Under the pieces are notes generated by a model, which saw only the letters and a list, made by a program, of their open reading frames with translations, made no database searches and was not told the DNA's origin. A program made the translations under genes and the position numbers. Below are positions 17,981 to 26,737 of a stretch of 64,000 nucleotides of DNA, in pieces. The stretch comes from Chloroflexota bacterium (GTDB lineage Bacteria; Chloroflexota; Limnocylindria; P2-11E): assembly GCA_005879975.1 (NCBI GenBank), contig VBIL01000168.1, forward strand, positions 2,119 through 66,118, read 5' to 3'. Numbering within the stretch: the first letter of the stretch is position 1; every line of letters starts with the position of its first letter.

Positions 17981-20455
17981 ATGGCTCATCTAGAAGCGGT
18001 CCGTGTCGCGCAAGACGCGGCCTATGCCGCCAGCTTGAGCGATGCCGACTGGCACCAACTCGCGCTCGACCCTACCTGGCAGGAGCTGGTCTCCGAGCAA
18101 TCCGAAATGGTCGCTTCGGTCCTCGCGGTTCACGGCCACAAGCTGCCGTTCGCGTACCGCGGGAATGACAACGCGACGCCCGAAGCGGCGGTCGCGCCGG
18201 CGAAGGTCGTCGGCACTGACATCGCCCGTATCCAGGGCCTGGGCATCGTCACCAACCTCGGCCAATACACGGAGAACATGCGCATGGCGGGGATGCTCTT
18301 CATGCGCACGCTGCGCAGTCGCTATCCGCACGCGAAGATCAAGAGCATCGACACGTCGAAGGCTGAGAAGCTTCCCGGCGTGGTCAAGATCCTTCACCGT
18401 CAGAACCTGCCGAAGGAGTATCAGGACGTCTTCCTCGGTGCCGCGGCCCCGACGCGCTTCCTCTTCAACGAGGAGGTGTTCGAGGTCGGCTCACCGATCG
18501 CGGTGATCGCAGCGGAGAGCGAGCACATCGCCGACGACGCCATGCGCCAGATCGACGTGCAATACGAGGTGCTGCCTGCCGCGCTGGACATGCTCGAGGC
18601 GATGAAGTCCAGCACCGCGAAGCAGTTCCAGAGCAACCTCGACGGCACCACGATCGCCATCACCCCGCCTCTCGTGCGTGGCGACCCGGTGAACGTCAAG
18701 GCCGATGTGAGCGTCGAGCTCGTCGCGAGGAAATCGACCGAGCAGCACGTCGCCCTCGAGCTCACGAACGCGCTCGTCTACTGGGACGGCGACAAGCTCA
18801 ACATGACCTACACCAACCAGCACGCGCACGGCACCCGCCAGGGCCTTTCGCAGGCGCTCAAGATCCCGCAGAACAAGGTGCGCGTGATCCAGCCCGGCTA
18901 CATGGGCTCGGGTTACGGGTACCGAAGCGGCATCGACCTCGCGGAAGTGCACGCCGCGATCCTCGCCAAGGTGACCGGCCGGCCGATCAAGATGAACTAC
19001 ACGCGCTACGAGGACTTCGTGACCCGTACCCATCGGCCCGAGTTCCGCAACGAGATGAAGATGGGCGTGAACCGCGACGGCGCGATCCAGTGGGGCCAGT
19101 TCAAGGTCATCGCCAACGTCGGCGCGCAGCGCGCCGGCGCGGCCAACGGCGCCTGGTTCAACATGCAGAACCTCTACAACATCCCGAACCTGCGGCTCGA
19201 GGGCATTGACGTCATGACCAACAGCTACAAGTCCGGCCCCTACCGCTGCGTGAGCCACCCCAACGGCACGTTCGCGCTCGAGACCACGATGGAGAAGGCC
19301 GCCTACGCCATCGGCATGGACCCGGTCGACTTCCGGCTCAAGAACCTGAACGAGGTCGGGAACCCCGACACGAAGCGGCCGTTCAGCAATCCCGGCATCC
19401 GCGACGCCATCACCGCGGTCCGCGACGCGATCGGCTGGAAGACCAAGTGGCACGCGCCGAAAGGCAATCAGATCCGTCCCGGCGTCTACCACGGCATCGG
19501 CATGGCGGCGCACGCGTGCAGCCACGGTGCGGGTAGCAACCCGGCGACCGGACAGGTCATCGTGAACAGCGATGGCAGCGTGCAGGCGATCTCCGGCTCG
19601 ACCGACATCGGCTCGGGCCAGCGCACCAACATGCTGATGATCGCGGCGGATGCTCTCGGTGTTCCGCTCGGCATGATCACGATCACGCCCTACGTGGACA
19701 CGGACAACAGCACGGACACTGGCGCCACCAACGGGAGCCGTCAGACCCTCACTGGTGGCCGGGGCATGTACGAGGCGGGCATCGACGCCCGCCGTCAGGT
19801 GCTCGACTGGGCCGCCGCGAAGTTCAACGACGACCTCAAGAAGGCCAACTCGAGCCAGACCGTGACCGCCGCCGATATCGACCTGGTCGACGGTGTGGTC
19901 TCGCTCAAGAGCGATAGCAAGAAGACCCAGAAGCTCTCGGACATCGTCGGCTTCAAGGGCAGTCCCATCCAGGGCCGCGCCGAGTACGTGCAGCCGACAC
20001 AGTGGGAGCAGACCGCCTGGGCGGCGCACGCCGCCGAGGTCGAGGTCGACACGGTCACCGGCACCGTCAAGATCACCAAGTACGTCGCCGCCCACGACGT
20101 GGGCAAGGCGATCAACCCGTTCTCGATCCGCCAGCAGGTCGAAGGCGGGGTTGTGATGGCCACGGGAGCGGTCTTCACCGAAGAGCTCCTCATCGACAAG
20201 GCCACCGGCCTGCCGCTCAACCCGAACCTGCTCGATTACCGGCCCCTCTCGATCAAGGACGCGCCGCTCGCCGATGTGATCATCATCGAGAAGCCCAAGG
20301 CGTACGGCGTCTTCGGAGCGCACGGCTTAGGCGAGCCGCCCATGGGCCCGCCGGCACCCACGATCGTCAACGCGGTCTACAACGCGGTGGGGGTCTGGGT
20401 CACCGAAATGCCATTGACCCGCGACAAGCTGCTCGCGGCGCTCAAGGCCGGTTAG
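17981..20455 (+). CDS. Molybdopterin-binding large subunit of an XDH-family molybdenum hydroxylase
   Basis: The 824 aa protein has MoCo-binding motifs (GYMGSGYGYRSG, GSTDIGSGQRTN, HDVGKAINP). A strong ribosome-binding site (AGGAGGGAG) precedes the ATG. Confidence 0.9.
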   Translation: MAHLEAVRVAQDAAYAASLSDADWHQLALDPTWQELVSEQSEMVASVLAVHGHKLPFAYRGNDNATPEAAVAPAKVVGTDIARIQGLGIVTNLGQYTENMRMAGMLFMRTLRSRYPHAKIKSIDTSKAEKLPGVVKILHRQNLPKEYQDVFLGAAAPTRFLFNEEVFEVGSPIAVIAAESEHIADDAMRQIDVQYEVLPAALDMLEAMKSSTAKQFQSNLDGTTIAITPPLVRGDPVNVKADVSVELVARKSTEQHVALELTNALVYWDGDKLNMTYTNQHAHGTRQGLSQALKIPQNKVRVIQPGYMGSGYGYRSGIDLAEVHAAILAKVTGRPIKMNYTRYEDFVTRTHRPEFRNEMKMGVNRDGAIQWGQFKVIANVGAQRAGAANGAWFNMQNLYNIPNLRLEGIDVMTNSYKSGPYRCVSHPNGTFALETTMEKAAYAIGMDPVDFRLKNLNEVGNPDTKRPFSNPGIRDAITAVRDAIGWKTKWHAPKGNQIRPGVYHGIGMAAHACSHGAGSNPATGQVIVNSDGSVQAISGSTDIGSGQRTNMLMIAADALGVPLGMITITPYVDTDNSTDTGATNGSRQTLTGGRGMYEAGIDARRQVLDWAAAKFNDDLKKANSSQTVTAADIDLVDGVVSLKSDSKKTQKLSDIVGFKGSPIQGRAEYVQPTQWEQTAWAAHAAEVEVDTVTGTVKITKYVAAHDVGKAINPFSIRQQVEGGVVMATGAVFTEELLIDKATGLPLNPNLLDYRPLSIKDAPLADVIIIEKPKAYGVFGAHGLGEPPMGPPAPTIVNAVYNAVGVWVTEMPLTRDKLLAALKAG

Positions 20456-20468
20456 GAGGGAGGAAGAC

Positions 20469-21467
20469 ATGAGAGCGTTTGAGCTTTACGACGCGACGAC
20501 CGTCTCGCAGGCGGTCGACTTACTCCGCCAGAACTCCAACCGGGCCGTGAAGGTGGTCGGCGGCGGAAGCGACCTCGTCGGCGGGATCATGAAGGACTGG
20601 GTCCACGGCAACGGCCTGCCCTTCCCCGATGTTCTGATCGACCTCACCACGATCAAGGAGCTGACCGCGATCAAGGTCGATGGCGGCAGCATCACCATCG
20701 GCGCGGCGGTCACCCTCTCCGACGTGATCAACAACAAGGACATCGCGGACCGGTTCCCGCTTCTGGTCTCAGCGGCGTCCAGTGTGGCTTCGCCGCTCAT
20801 CCGCAACTTCGGGACACTCGGCGGCAACATCAACCAGCGGCCGCGCTGCTGGTTCTTCCGCGGCGAGGATTTCAACTGCTACAAGAAGGGCGGCGACTTC
20901 TGCTACGCGGTCACTAGCGACAACCGCTACCACGCGATCATCGGCGGCGAGCTGTGCTACATCGTCCACCCGTCGGATACCGCGACCGCGCTTCTCGCGC
21001 TCAACGCGAAGGCGAAGATCACGGGTGTCGACGGAAGCCGGGACGTTCAGTTCGACAACTACTTCATCGGTCCGCGCGAGGACGTGCTGCGCGAGAACGT
21101 GCTGAAGAAGAACGAGTTCATGACCCACGTCGAGGTACCGAGCCCCTCGTCCGGCACGAAGTTCGGCTGGACCAAGCTCAAGGATCGGCAGGTCTACGAC
21201 TTCGCGCTCACATCCGTGGCGGCAGCCTTCACCCTGGACGGCAACAACTGGAAGGACGGCCGCATCACGCTCGGCGGTGTCTCACCGGTGCCATACCGCG
21301 CAAAGGTCGTGGAGGACGCCCTCAAGGGCAAGGACATCAAGGCCACCATCAAGCAGGCCGCGGCACAGATCCGCACCGTCGCCCGCCCGATGAGCCTCAA
21401 CGCGTACAAGGTCGAGGTCGTGCAAGGCCTGATCGAGCGAACGGTCCTGGAAGCACTCGGCAACTGA
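20469..21467 (+). CDS. FAD-binding medium subunit of an XDH-family molybdenum hydroxylase
   Basis: The N-terminus has the FAD_binding_5 motif (VGGGSDLVGGIMK). The C-terminal domain resembles CO dehydrogenase flavoprotein. The ribosome-binding site is AGGAGGGAGG. Confidence 0.85.
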   Translation: MRAFELYDATTVSQAVDLLRQNSNRAVKVVGGGSDLVGGIMKDWVHGNGLPFPDVLIDLTTIKELTAIKVDGGSITIGAAVTLSDVINNKDIADRFPLLVSAASSVASPLIRNFGTLGGNINQRPRCWFFRGEDFNCYKKGGDFCYAVTSDNRYHAIIGGELCYIVHPSDTATALLALNAKAKITGVDGSRDVQFDNYFIGPREDVLRENVLKKNEFMTHVEVPSPSSGTKFGWTKLKDRQVYDFALTSVAAAFTLDGNNWKDGRITLGGVSPVPYRAKVVEDALKGKDIKATIKQAAAQIRTVARPMSLNAYKVEVVQGLIERTVLEALGN

Positions 21468-21491
21468 TCGCCGCGTTCCCAGGCACGAGAG

Positions 21492-21524
21492 GGCGGCAGC
21501 CGCAAGGCTGCCGCCTTTCAGTTT
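21492..21524 (+). terminator. Rho-independent terminator-like hairpin between convergent genes
   Basis: A perfect 10 bp stem (ggcggcagcc / ggctgccgcc) closes a gcaa loop and is followed by tttcagtttg. It sits between the coxM stop and the stop of the convergent IMPase gene. Confidence 0.5.
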
Positions 21525-22273
21525 GTCTTCGCGGCCTGCTGTACCTCGCGGTCCCGGTCGCGGACGAACTTGAGGCTCTTGAGCGCCCAGGGGTGAGAGG
21601 CGGGGTTCGCCGCCACGTAGCTTCCGTCCGAGTGCAGCCAGGAGCCCCCGTCGGCGTCGCTCACCATGCCGCCGGCTTGAGCCAGGATCACGCACGCTGC
21701 GGCGACCTCCCAGGGCTTTGCGTCGAACGTCCAGTACGCGTGCAGCCGACCCGCCGCCACGTAGCACCGCGGCCCGCTCGGGGGCAGATCGGCGCCGACC
21801 ATGGCCTGCTCCCAGAACTCGGGGCCGAGGGCTACGGTGCGCGCGTTGATCGCGCGATCGTTCAGCGTGGCCTGGTCACCGATGCGCGCCGCATACGTCT
21901 CGTCGCGCATCGGGTCGTGCACGACCCCGACCCGAAGCTGGCCGTTCACTCGGAGGGCGATCGAGACCGCGAAGAAGGGGATGCCGTGAGCGAAGTTCAG
22001 GCTCCCGCAGATCGGATCGACGATCCAAAGGCGCTCCGCCTCGACGGCGAGCGGCTCGTCCTCGGGCCCCTCCTCCGACAGGATGCCGTCGCCCGGGCAC
22101 TCCTTTTGGAGCGCGGTGACGATCGACTCTTGCACCTCGAGGGTCGCCTCCGATACGACGTCGCGGTGTCCCTTCCATTTGAGATAGCCGGGCCGATCGA
22201 TCCTGGCAAGCGCGAGGCGCCCGGCGCGGAAGACGATCCGCTTCGCAAGCTCGCGCGCCTCGAGGTCGTCCAT
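21518..22273 (-). CDS. Inositol monophosphatase family protein (SuhB/CysQ-like)
   Basis: Family motifs are present: EEGPEDE, WIVDPICGSLNFAHGIP, and a C-terminal DAKPWEVAAACVILAQAGG region. The start is the ATG (MDDLEAR). The upstream 160 codons of the track ORF are low-complexity and spurious. Confidence 0.75.
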   Translation of the reverse strand: MDDLEARELAKRIVFRAGRLALARIDRPGYLKWKGHRDVVSEATLEVQESIVTALQKECPGDGILSEEGPEDEPLAVEAERLWIVDPICGSLNFAHGIPFFAVSIALRVNGQLRVGVVHDPMRDETYAARIGDQATLNDRAINARTVALGPEFWEQAMVGADLPPSGPRCYVAAGRLHAYWTFDAKPWEVAAACVILAQAGGMVSDADGGSWLHSDGSYVAANPASHPWALKSLKFVRDRDREVQQAAKTN

Positions 22274-22688
22274 GCCGCGGCCGACGCTACCGACAGTGGC
22301 ACGCGTGGTCAACGCGAGCATGCCTGAGCCCCGCCGCGTTTCGACGATCGTCTGCGCTTTCTCCGGCGAGCTGCCCACCTCGTGGCTCGCCGTCTTCCAC
22401 CGCTTCGAGCGCCAAATCCGCAAAGCGCGGCTGCGCGTACGCGTCCGCATGTTCTCCCTGGAGGAGCTCCCTGAGAGCTTCGAGATCCTCGTAGTTCCGC
22501 CCGAGCTCGCCGAGCGCGCCGCCTCGAGCGGCCGTGACGCGCGCATCATCGTGACGACACGGCAGGACGCTCCCGCCGCCGTGGAGGCTCTGCTGCGCGA
22601 GCTCGCCGAGGGACATACGGTGTACGCCGACCGCGTTCGGCCGGGCGAGCCAAAGATCGTCACGCACCGCGGGATGGAGGAGCTGTGA
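22272..22688 (+). CDS. hypothetical protein
   Basis: The 138 aa ORF has GC3-rich codon usage. Its start overlaps the IMPase start, so it more likely begins at the internal ATG near 22320. Confidence 0.3.
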   Translation: MPRPTLPTVARVVNASMPEPRRVSTIVCAFSGELPTSWLAVFHRFERQIRKARLRVRVRMFSLEELPESFEILVVPPELAERAASSGRDARIIVTTRQDAPAAVEALLRELAEGHTVYADRVRPGEPKIVTHRGMEEL

Positions 22689-22972
22689 GAACGGAGCGCC
22701 TCATCGAGCGTCTGCGGCGGGTAGAGCAGCAGATCCGCGCGTTCAAGGAGCTTCACGCGAGCGAGCTGCAGCTGATCCTCGACGAGCTCACGGACATCAC
22801 GAACGAGGTCGCATCGGAGTCGCAGCCTGAAGCGATCGAGGCGCCCGCCGAATCGGCGGTCGACCCGGCCGCCGGGTCACCGAAGCGCGCGAAGTGGCTT
22901 GCGGACCAGGAGCGTAAGTCGCGGCCGCTATCGCGCCGCGAGCTGCTTCGTGGACGCGACGAGGACTCCTAG
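22685..22972 (+). CDS. hypothetical coiled-coil protein
   Basis: The 95 aa ORF has a heptad-like N-terminus (LIERLRRVEQQIRAFKELHASELQLILDEL). Its start overlaps the upstream stop by 4 nt. Confidence 0.3.
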   Translation: MRTERLIERLRRVEQQIRAFKELHASELQLILDELTDITNEVASESQPEAIEAPAESAVDPAAGSPKRAKWLADQERKSRPLSRRELLRGRDEDS

Positions 22973-24087
22973 GGCTTCACTCGCGCTCGCGCGCGGCGAC
23001 GTGCGCGCACGACCGACTCGACACCGACCACCGCGAATGCGAGCAGCCCCACCGCGAGGACGTAGGGCTCCGCGGTGTTCGGCAGGCTCAGCCCTCGCTC
23101 CTGCGGCGTGCTCGCGGCCGAGGTCAGGTCGGGGGTGATCCGCTCGGGCTTGGTCGCGAGGGCGGCCTTGCCTGCCGCATCCAGGGTCACCGCGTAGATC
23201 TCGAAGTTACCCGAGCGCGGTGACGCGAAGAGGAGCTGTCGCGCGTCCGAGCTGAACTCGAACGGGCCCTGTGCCTGGACCTGCGTCGCGAGCTCCGTGC
23301 GTGGCACATTGGTCGTCGGATCGACCGTCCAGAGATCCGTCCAGCTCTGGTCGATCATCACGTGCTCGGTCACGTACACGAGCCGGCCGTCCGGTAGGTA
23401 GGCCGGGAAGTGGCTGCGCTCGTCGCTGGGGGAGATCGGGGTCTGCGGCCCGCCGAGCGCCGAGATGATCACAACCCGCGCTGAGTCTCCATCCGAGAGC
23501 GCCATCCGCGCGCCGTCGGGAGACCACGCCGGCGAGTGGCATGCGAACGTGCACTGGTTGTTGGCCTCGCCCGCAAGGTCGCGGGTGAGCCGTGACGGCG
23601 TGCCACCCTCGGGAGTCGTGAGCCAGATGTCCATCGAACCGGCCTGATAGAGATAGAAGCCGAGCTTCCTCCCGTCCGGACTCCAGCTCGGGAAGCTCGC
23701 GATCGCGCCAAGCTTGGTCACCTGTGCCCGACGCCTGGAGGAAATCTCGATCGTCCAGATCTCGCGCTTGACCGCATCGCCGGAGTCGACGGCCACGTAT
23801 TTTCCATCGGGACTCCACGCCGGATGCCGGTCGTCCGAGTCCCCATTTGTGAGCTGGTTGAGGTTGCCGCCGTCCGAGTCCATCACGTAGATGTGATAAG
23901 GCCCGTCGCGGTTGCTCTGGAATGCGATCCGCTTCCCGTCGGGGCTCCACGACGGCCGAAGATTCGAGGCCGTGGTGTTCGTCAGCTGCCGGATCGGTGA
24001 TGCGGCCTCGCTCACATACGCGGTGACCAGGGCAAGGAGCGCGGCGAGGTAGAGCGCGCGGAACACGACGAGCTTGTTCCGCGTCAT
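22969..24087 (-). CDS. WD40-like beta-propeller (PD40/TolB-like) repeat protein with C-terminal LPNTA cell-wall sorting signal
   Basis: Signal peptide (MTRNKLVVFRALYLAALLALVTAYVSEA), repeated PD40 motifs (SWSPDGKRIAF, AWSPDGKYVA, SWSPDGRKLGF, AWSPDGARMA), and the C-terminus LPNTAEP + hydrophobic helix + RARRRARARVKP. Confidence 0.7.
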   Translation of the reverse strand: MTRNKLVVFRALYLAALLALVTAYVSEAASPIRQLTNTTASNLRPSWSPDGKRIAFQSNRDGPYHIYVMDSDGGNLNQLTNGDSDDRHPAWSPDGKYVAVDSGDAVKREIWTIEISSRRRAQVTKLGAIASFPSWSPDGRKLGFYLYQAGSMDIWLTTPEGGTPSRLTRDLAGEANNQCTFACHSPAWSPDGARMALSDGDSARVVIISALGGPQTPISPSDERSHFPAYLPDGRLVYVTEHVMIDQSWTDLWTVDPTTNVPRTELATQVQAQGPFEFSSDARQLLFASPRSGNFEIYAVTLDAAGKAALATKPERITPDLTSAASTPQERGLSLPNTAEPYVLAVGLLAFAVVGVESVVRARRRARARVKP

Positions 24088-24088
24088 C

Positions 24089-24313
24089 TCAACCCTCGGT
24101 TGCGGCGAGCGCGCGAAGGATCTGAAGCGACTGCCGGGCCAGCGTGGCGGCGAATACCGCAATCAGCGCCCCTCCAAGCAAGAGCGCTGCCTGCGCGGGC
24201 AGGCCCTCCTTGATCGCTGTCTTGGCGACGAAGGCATTCGTCACGAAGAGGTATGCGATCACCACATTCACGGCGGCCCAGAGGAGCTCGAGGATCGCGA
24301 CCAGACGCTTCAT
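24089..24313 (-). CDS. small two-helix membrane protein
   Basis: The 74 aa ORF has two hydrophobic helices and is tightly packed between flanking genes on the same strand. Confidence 0.35.
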   Translation of the reverse strand: MKRLVAILELLWAAVNVVIAYLFVTNAFVAKTAIKEGLPAQAALLLGGALIAVFAATLARQSLQILRALAATEG

Positions 24314-25248
24314 CGCTCGCTCCCTCCGGCGACGCCGGCGGGCGCGCCTGCCGGCAGTGTGGGCTCGGGCTGCCGCGGTCCGGGTCGCGACGCGGTGTCG
24401 AGCACGTGACGGAGCGCGCTTTCGCTGACCCAGCCTCTGGTCATCGCGACCATGAGCGGCCAGCGCGCGAGCGTGTACCGGAGGTGGTCAAGGACTTTGA
24501 GGGTGAGCAGGACCATCGCCGCAACATGCAGAGTCGACGCCCAGTAGAGCACCGGGCCAGGAACTGGATAGATGTAGCGCATCGCCTTCAACAGGCCGGT
24601 GATCGTGATGAGCACGAGAGCGAACGTCCAGGTTGGAAAAGAGAACGCCGTCTCGTAGAAGGTGAACCGCTCGGGGCGCGGCTGCTGATCCAGATCGAGC
24701 CGGAGCCATGCGGCGAGACGCGTGCCCAGCGCTGGAGGCAGCTCCAGCGCGAATCCGGCCAGATGTCGCCGCCACCCGCCGCGCGGTGGCCAGAGCGAGC
24801 GATCGCCGTTGACCCACCAGTACGCGGCGAAGTTCGCGACGGAGAAAAGGATCAGCGCCGCCCCGATGTAGTGGATGCGGTAGATGAGATAGAGCGGGAG
24901 GTCGAGATGCACGTCGAGGATCCCGCCCAGGTACTGCCAGAGCCCGGTGGGCAACGCGAGGACGAATCCGACCGCGGCGATCCAGTGACCGATGACCGTG
25001 CCGACGCTGAAGCGGCGGATCTGATCGCCCCTTCGCACGGTGCCCTTCCGGCCACCCGCCCGATAAAGCCCGATGACGGCGCCGAGCCCGAGGACGAACG
25101 GGACCACACGCATGAAAACGAAGTTGTCCGAGAGTTCGGGGTCCCAGGGCTGGGCGCCCGAGCCGGACTGCGCGAAGCTCACGTAGGCGCCGGCCGCCAG
25201 GATCGCGAGGCCGGCAAGCACGAGGACCCACCGCGCCGCCGTACCCAT
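24310..25248 (-). CDS. b-type cytochrome membrane subunit (Ni/Fe-hydrogenase/formate-dehydrogenase gamma-like cytochrome b family)
   Basis: The protein is polytopic, with His residues in its helices (GHWIAAVGF, YRIHYIGAALILF, STLHVAAMVLL). It sits directly downstream of the Tat 4Fe-4S protein. Confidence 0.5.
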   Translation of the reverse strand: MGTAARWVLVLAGLAILAAGAYVSFAQSGSGAQPWDPELSDNFVFMRVVPFVLGLGAVIGLYRAGGRKGTVRRGDQIRRFSVGTVIGHWIAAVGFVLALPTGLWQYLGGILDVHLDLPLYLIYRIHYIGAALILFSVANFAAYWWVNGDRSLWPPRGGWRRHLAGFALELPPALGTRLAAWLRLDLDQQPRPERFTFYETAFSFPTWTFALVLITITGLLKAMRYIYPVPGPVLYWASTLHVAAMVLLTLKVLDHLRYTLARWPLMVAMTRGWVSESALRHVLDTASRPGPRQPEPTLPAGAPAGVAGGSER

Positions 25249-25251
25249 CCT

Positions 25252-26043
25252 CTAGGCCTTGCCCTTTGCGGGGCTGTCGCCGAACGTCTGGAACTGTCGG
25301 AGCCTCGCCCACGTCTCGCGGCTGCCCGCGGGAGCGTCGAGGCAGAGGTGATCGCTCTTGATGATCCCCTGACGGATGCGGACGTTGACCGGGCACCGCT
25401 CGACGCACGCCGGACCACCGTTGCGCCAGTAGCAAAGGTCGCACTTGGCGAACGTGTCGGCCTCCCTGTCGTATGAGATGCGCGAGCGCTGCCCGAGCTC
25501 CGGCTCGGGATGCGTCGCCTGCGACTCATCGCTGATTGGGAAGGGACACGCCTCCGCGCACCGCCCGCACGAGACGCAGGTGTCCTCGCGGATAAAGCGC
25601 GCCCCGGTCCGGGGCTCAACCTGGAGCGCGTCGACCGGGCATACGTAGAGGCATTCGGCGGTCGGGCACTGGAGGCACGGCTCCTGATGGAACTGGCCCC
25701 GGTCGGGGTACGCATCCTTGATCACCTGCGCGACCTGCGTTGAAGGGTCGTTGAAGATACGGATGCGCGGCACGGCCGCGAGACCTTCGCGCTTGTGCTC
25801 CTGGGAGCAGATGACCTCGCACGTGAGACAGCCGATGCAGAGGCTCGGGTCGGGGAAGATGACGCCGGTCGAGAGCTTCGTCTCCTTCGGTGCCGTTCCG
25901 GTCGCCAGGCCCAGCCCGCCGATGGCGTCGAGGGCGATGAACGCTACGACGGGAGCGGCGCCACGGCGCAGGAAATCGCGGCGGGAGAGATCCGCCTGGT
26001 CGGTCGGTCGGTCCTCTTCGCCCGGTCCCGCGTTCATCCGCAC
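25252..26043 (-). CDS. Tat-exported 4x[4Fe-4S] ferredoxin-type electron-transfer subunit (DmsB/HybA/NrfC-like)
   Basis: A Tat motif (SRRDFLRRGAAPVVAFIAL) precedes four Cys clusters (CIGCLTCEVIC, CLQCPTAECLYVCP, CVSCGRCAEACP, CDLCYWRNGGPACVERCP). Confidence 0.75.
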   Translation of the reverse strand: MRMNAGPGEEDRPTDQADLSRRDFLRRGAAPVVAFIALDAIGGLGLATGTAPKETKLSTGVIFPDPSLCIGCLTCEVICSQEHKREGLAAVPRIRIFNDPSTQVAQVIKDAYPDRGQFHQEPCLQCPTAECLYVCPVDALQVEPRTGARFIREDTCVSCGRCAEACPFPISDESQATHPEPELGQRSRISYDREADTFAKCDLCYWRNGGPACVERCPVNVRIRQGIIKSDHLCLDAPAGSRETWARLRQFQTFGDSPAKGKA

Positions 26044-26097
26044 CGCACCTCTGCGCTCTTGTTGGCCTCCCCAGGGGGACGGCGGATCCTCGTCGGC

Positions 26098-26126
26098 AAG
26101 TTAGCGACCCTCATAGCGGACGTCAA
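26098..26126 (-). promoter_or_regulatory. Sigma-70-like promoter candidate (TTGACG-17-TAACTT) upstream of the Tat-ferredoxin/cytochrome b operon
   Basis: The minus strand reads ttgacg tccgctatgagggtcgc taactt, about 55 nt upstream of the ATG at 26043, inside the 106 bp gap after the mocA-like gene. Confidence 0.25.
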
Positions 26127-26149
26127 TCTGACCACTCGCAAACGATTGC

Positions 26150-26734
26150 TCAGGCCTCGGGAGAGCGCAAATCCGCCACGGTGTCGACGTCGCGCACGAT
26201 CCCGCCGTCGTCGACGTCCACGTCAACGCGCAGGTCGAGGTGACGGTGGATGACGTCGTGCAAGGTCGCGTGCGGATCGGCCGAGCGAATCTCGTCCCGG
26301 AGCGACGGCGGAAGCGCCACGGGATGGCCGCGCTTGCCGCGGAACCGCGGGGACACGATCGCCGGTCTCTGCTCGTACGTCGCGATGACCGAGCGCACCG
26401 TGTCGGCGGAGACGAATGGCATGTCCCCGGGCATCACGAGGATGACGTCGCCCTGCGCCTGCGCGATGCCCTCCTGGATCGAGCTGAACATGCCGCGCGA
26501 GGGGTCGGGGTTCTCCACAGGACGAACTCGCGGGTCGAGCATCGCGTTGACGTCGCGCTCCAGCTCAGCGCGCGCGTCGCGGCCGACGACGACGATGACT
26601 TCCGCGGCTCCTCCCTCGAGCAGTGCGCGGATCGTGTGATCGAGGAGCGGTTCGCCGTCGATCGGCGTGAGAAGCTTCTTGCCGCCGAAGCGCTCCGCCG
26701 AGCCCGCGGCGGTGACCACGGCGACGGCGCGCAC
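26150..26734 (-). CDS. MobA/MocA-like molybdenum cofactor nucleotidyltransferase
   Basis: The N-terminus has an NTP_transf_3 motif (AVVTAAGSAERFGGKKLL). The protein is 194 aa and lies directly downstream of the coxM-like gene. Confidence 0.7.
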   Translation of the reverse strand: MRAVAVVTAAGSAERFGGKKLLTPIDGEPLLDHTIRALLEGGAAEVIVVVGRDARAELERDVNAMLDPRVRPVENPDPSRGMFSSIQEGIAQAQGDVILVMPGDMPFVSADTVRSVIATYEQRPAIVSPRFRGKRGHPVALPPSLRDEIRSADPHATLHDVIHRHLDLRVDVDVDDGGIVRDVDTVADLRSPEA

Positions 26735-26737
26735 GCG

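Noticed and set aside
21518-22756. The 412 aa ORF, which could be read as a large two-domain protein.
   Set aside because: The N-terminal 160 codons are Ser/Arg-rich with no motif, and they overlap the divergent plus-strand ORF. The IMPase homology starts exactly at the internal ATG (MDDLEAR).
25252-26043. Considered whether the 4Fe-4S protein is a PsrB/DmsB whose catalytic A subunit is simply upstream.
   Set aside because: The upstream gene on the same strand is the MocA-like nucleotidyltransferase after a 106 bp gap with a promoter-like element. No molybdopterin oxidoreductase ORF is present within 10 kb on that strand.
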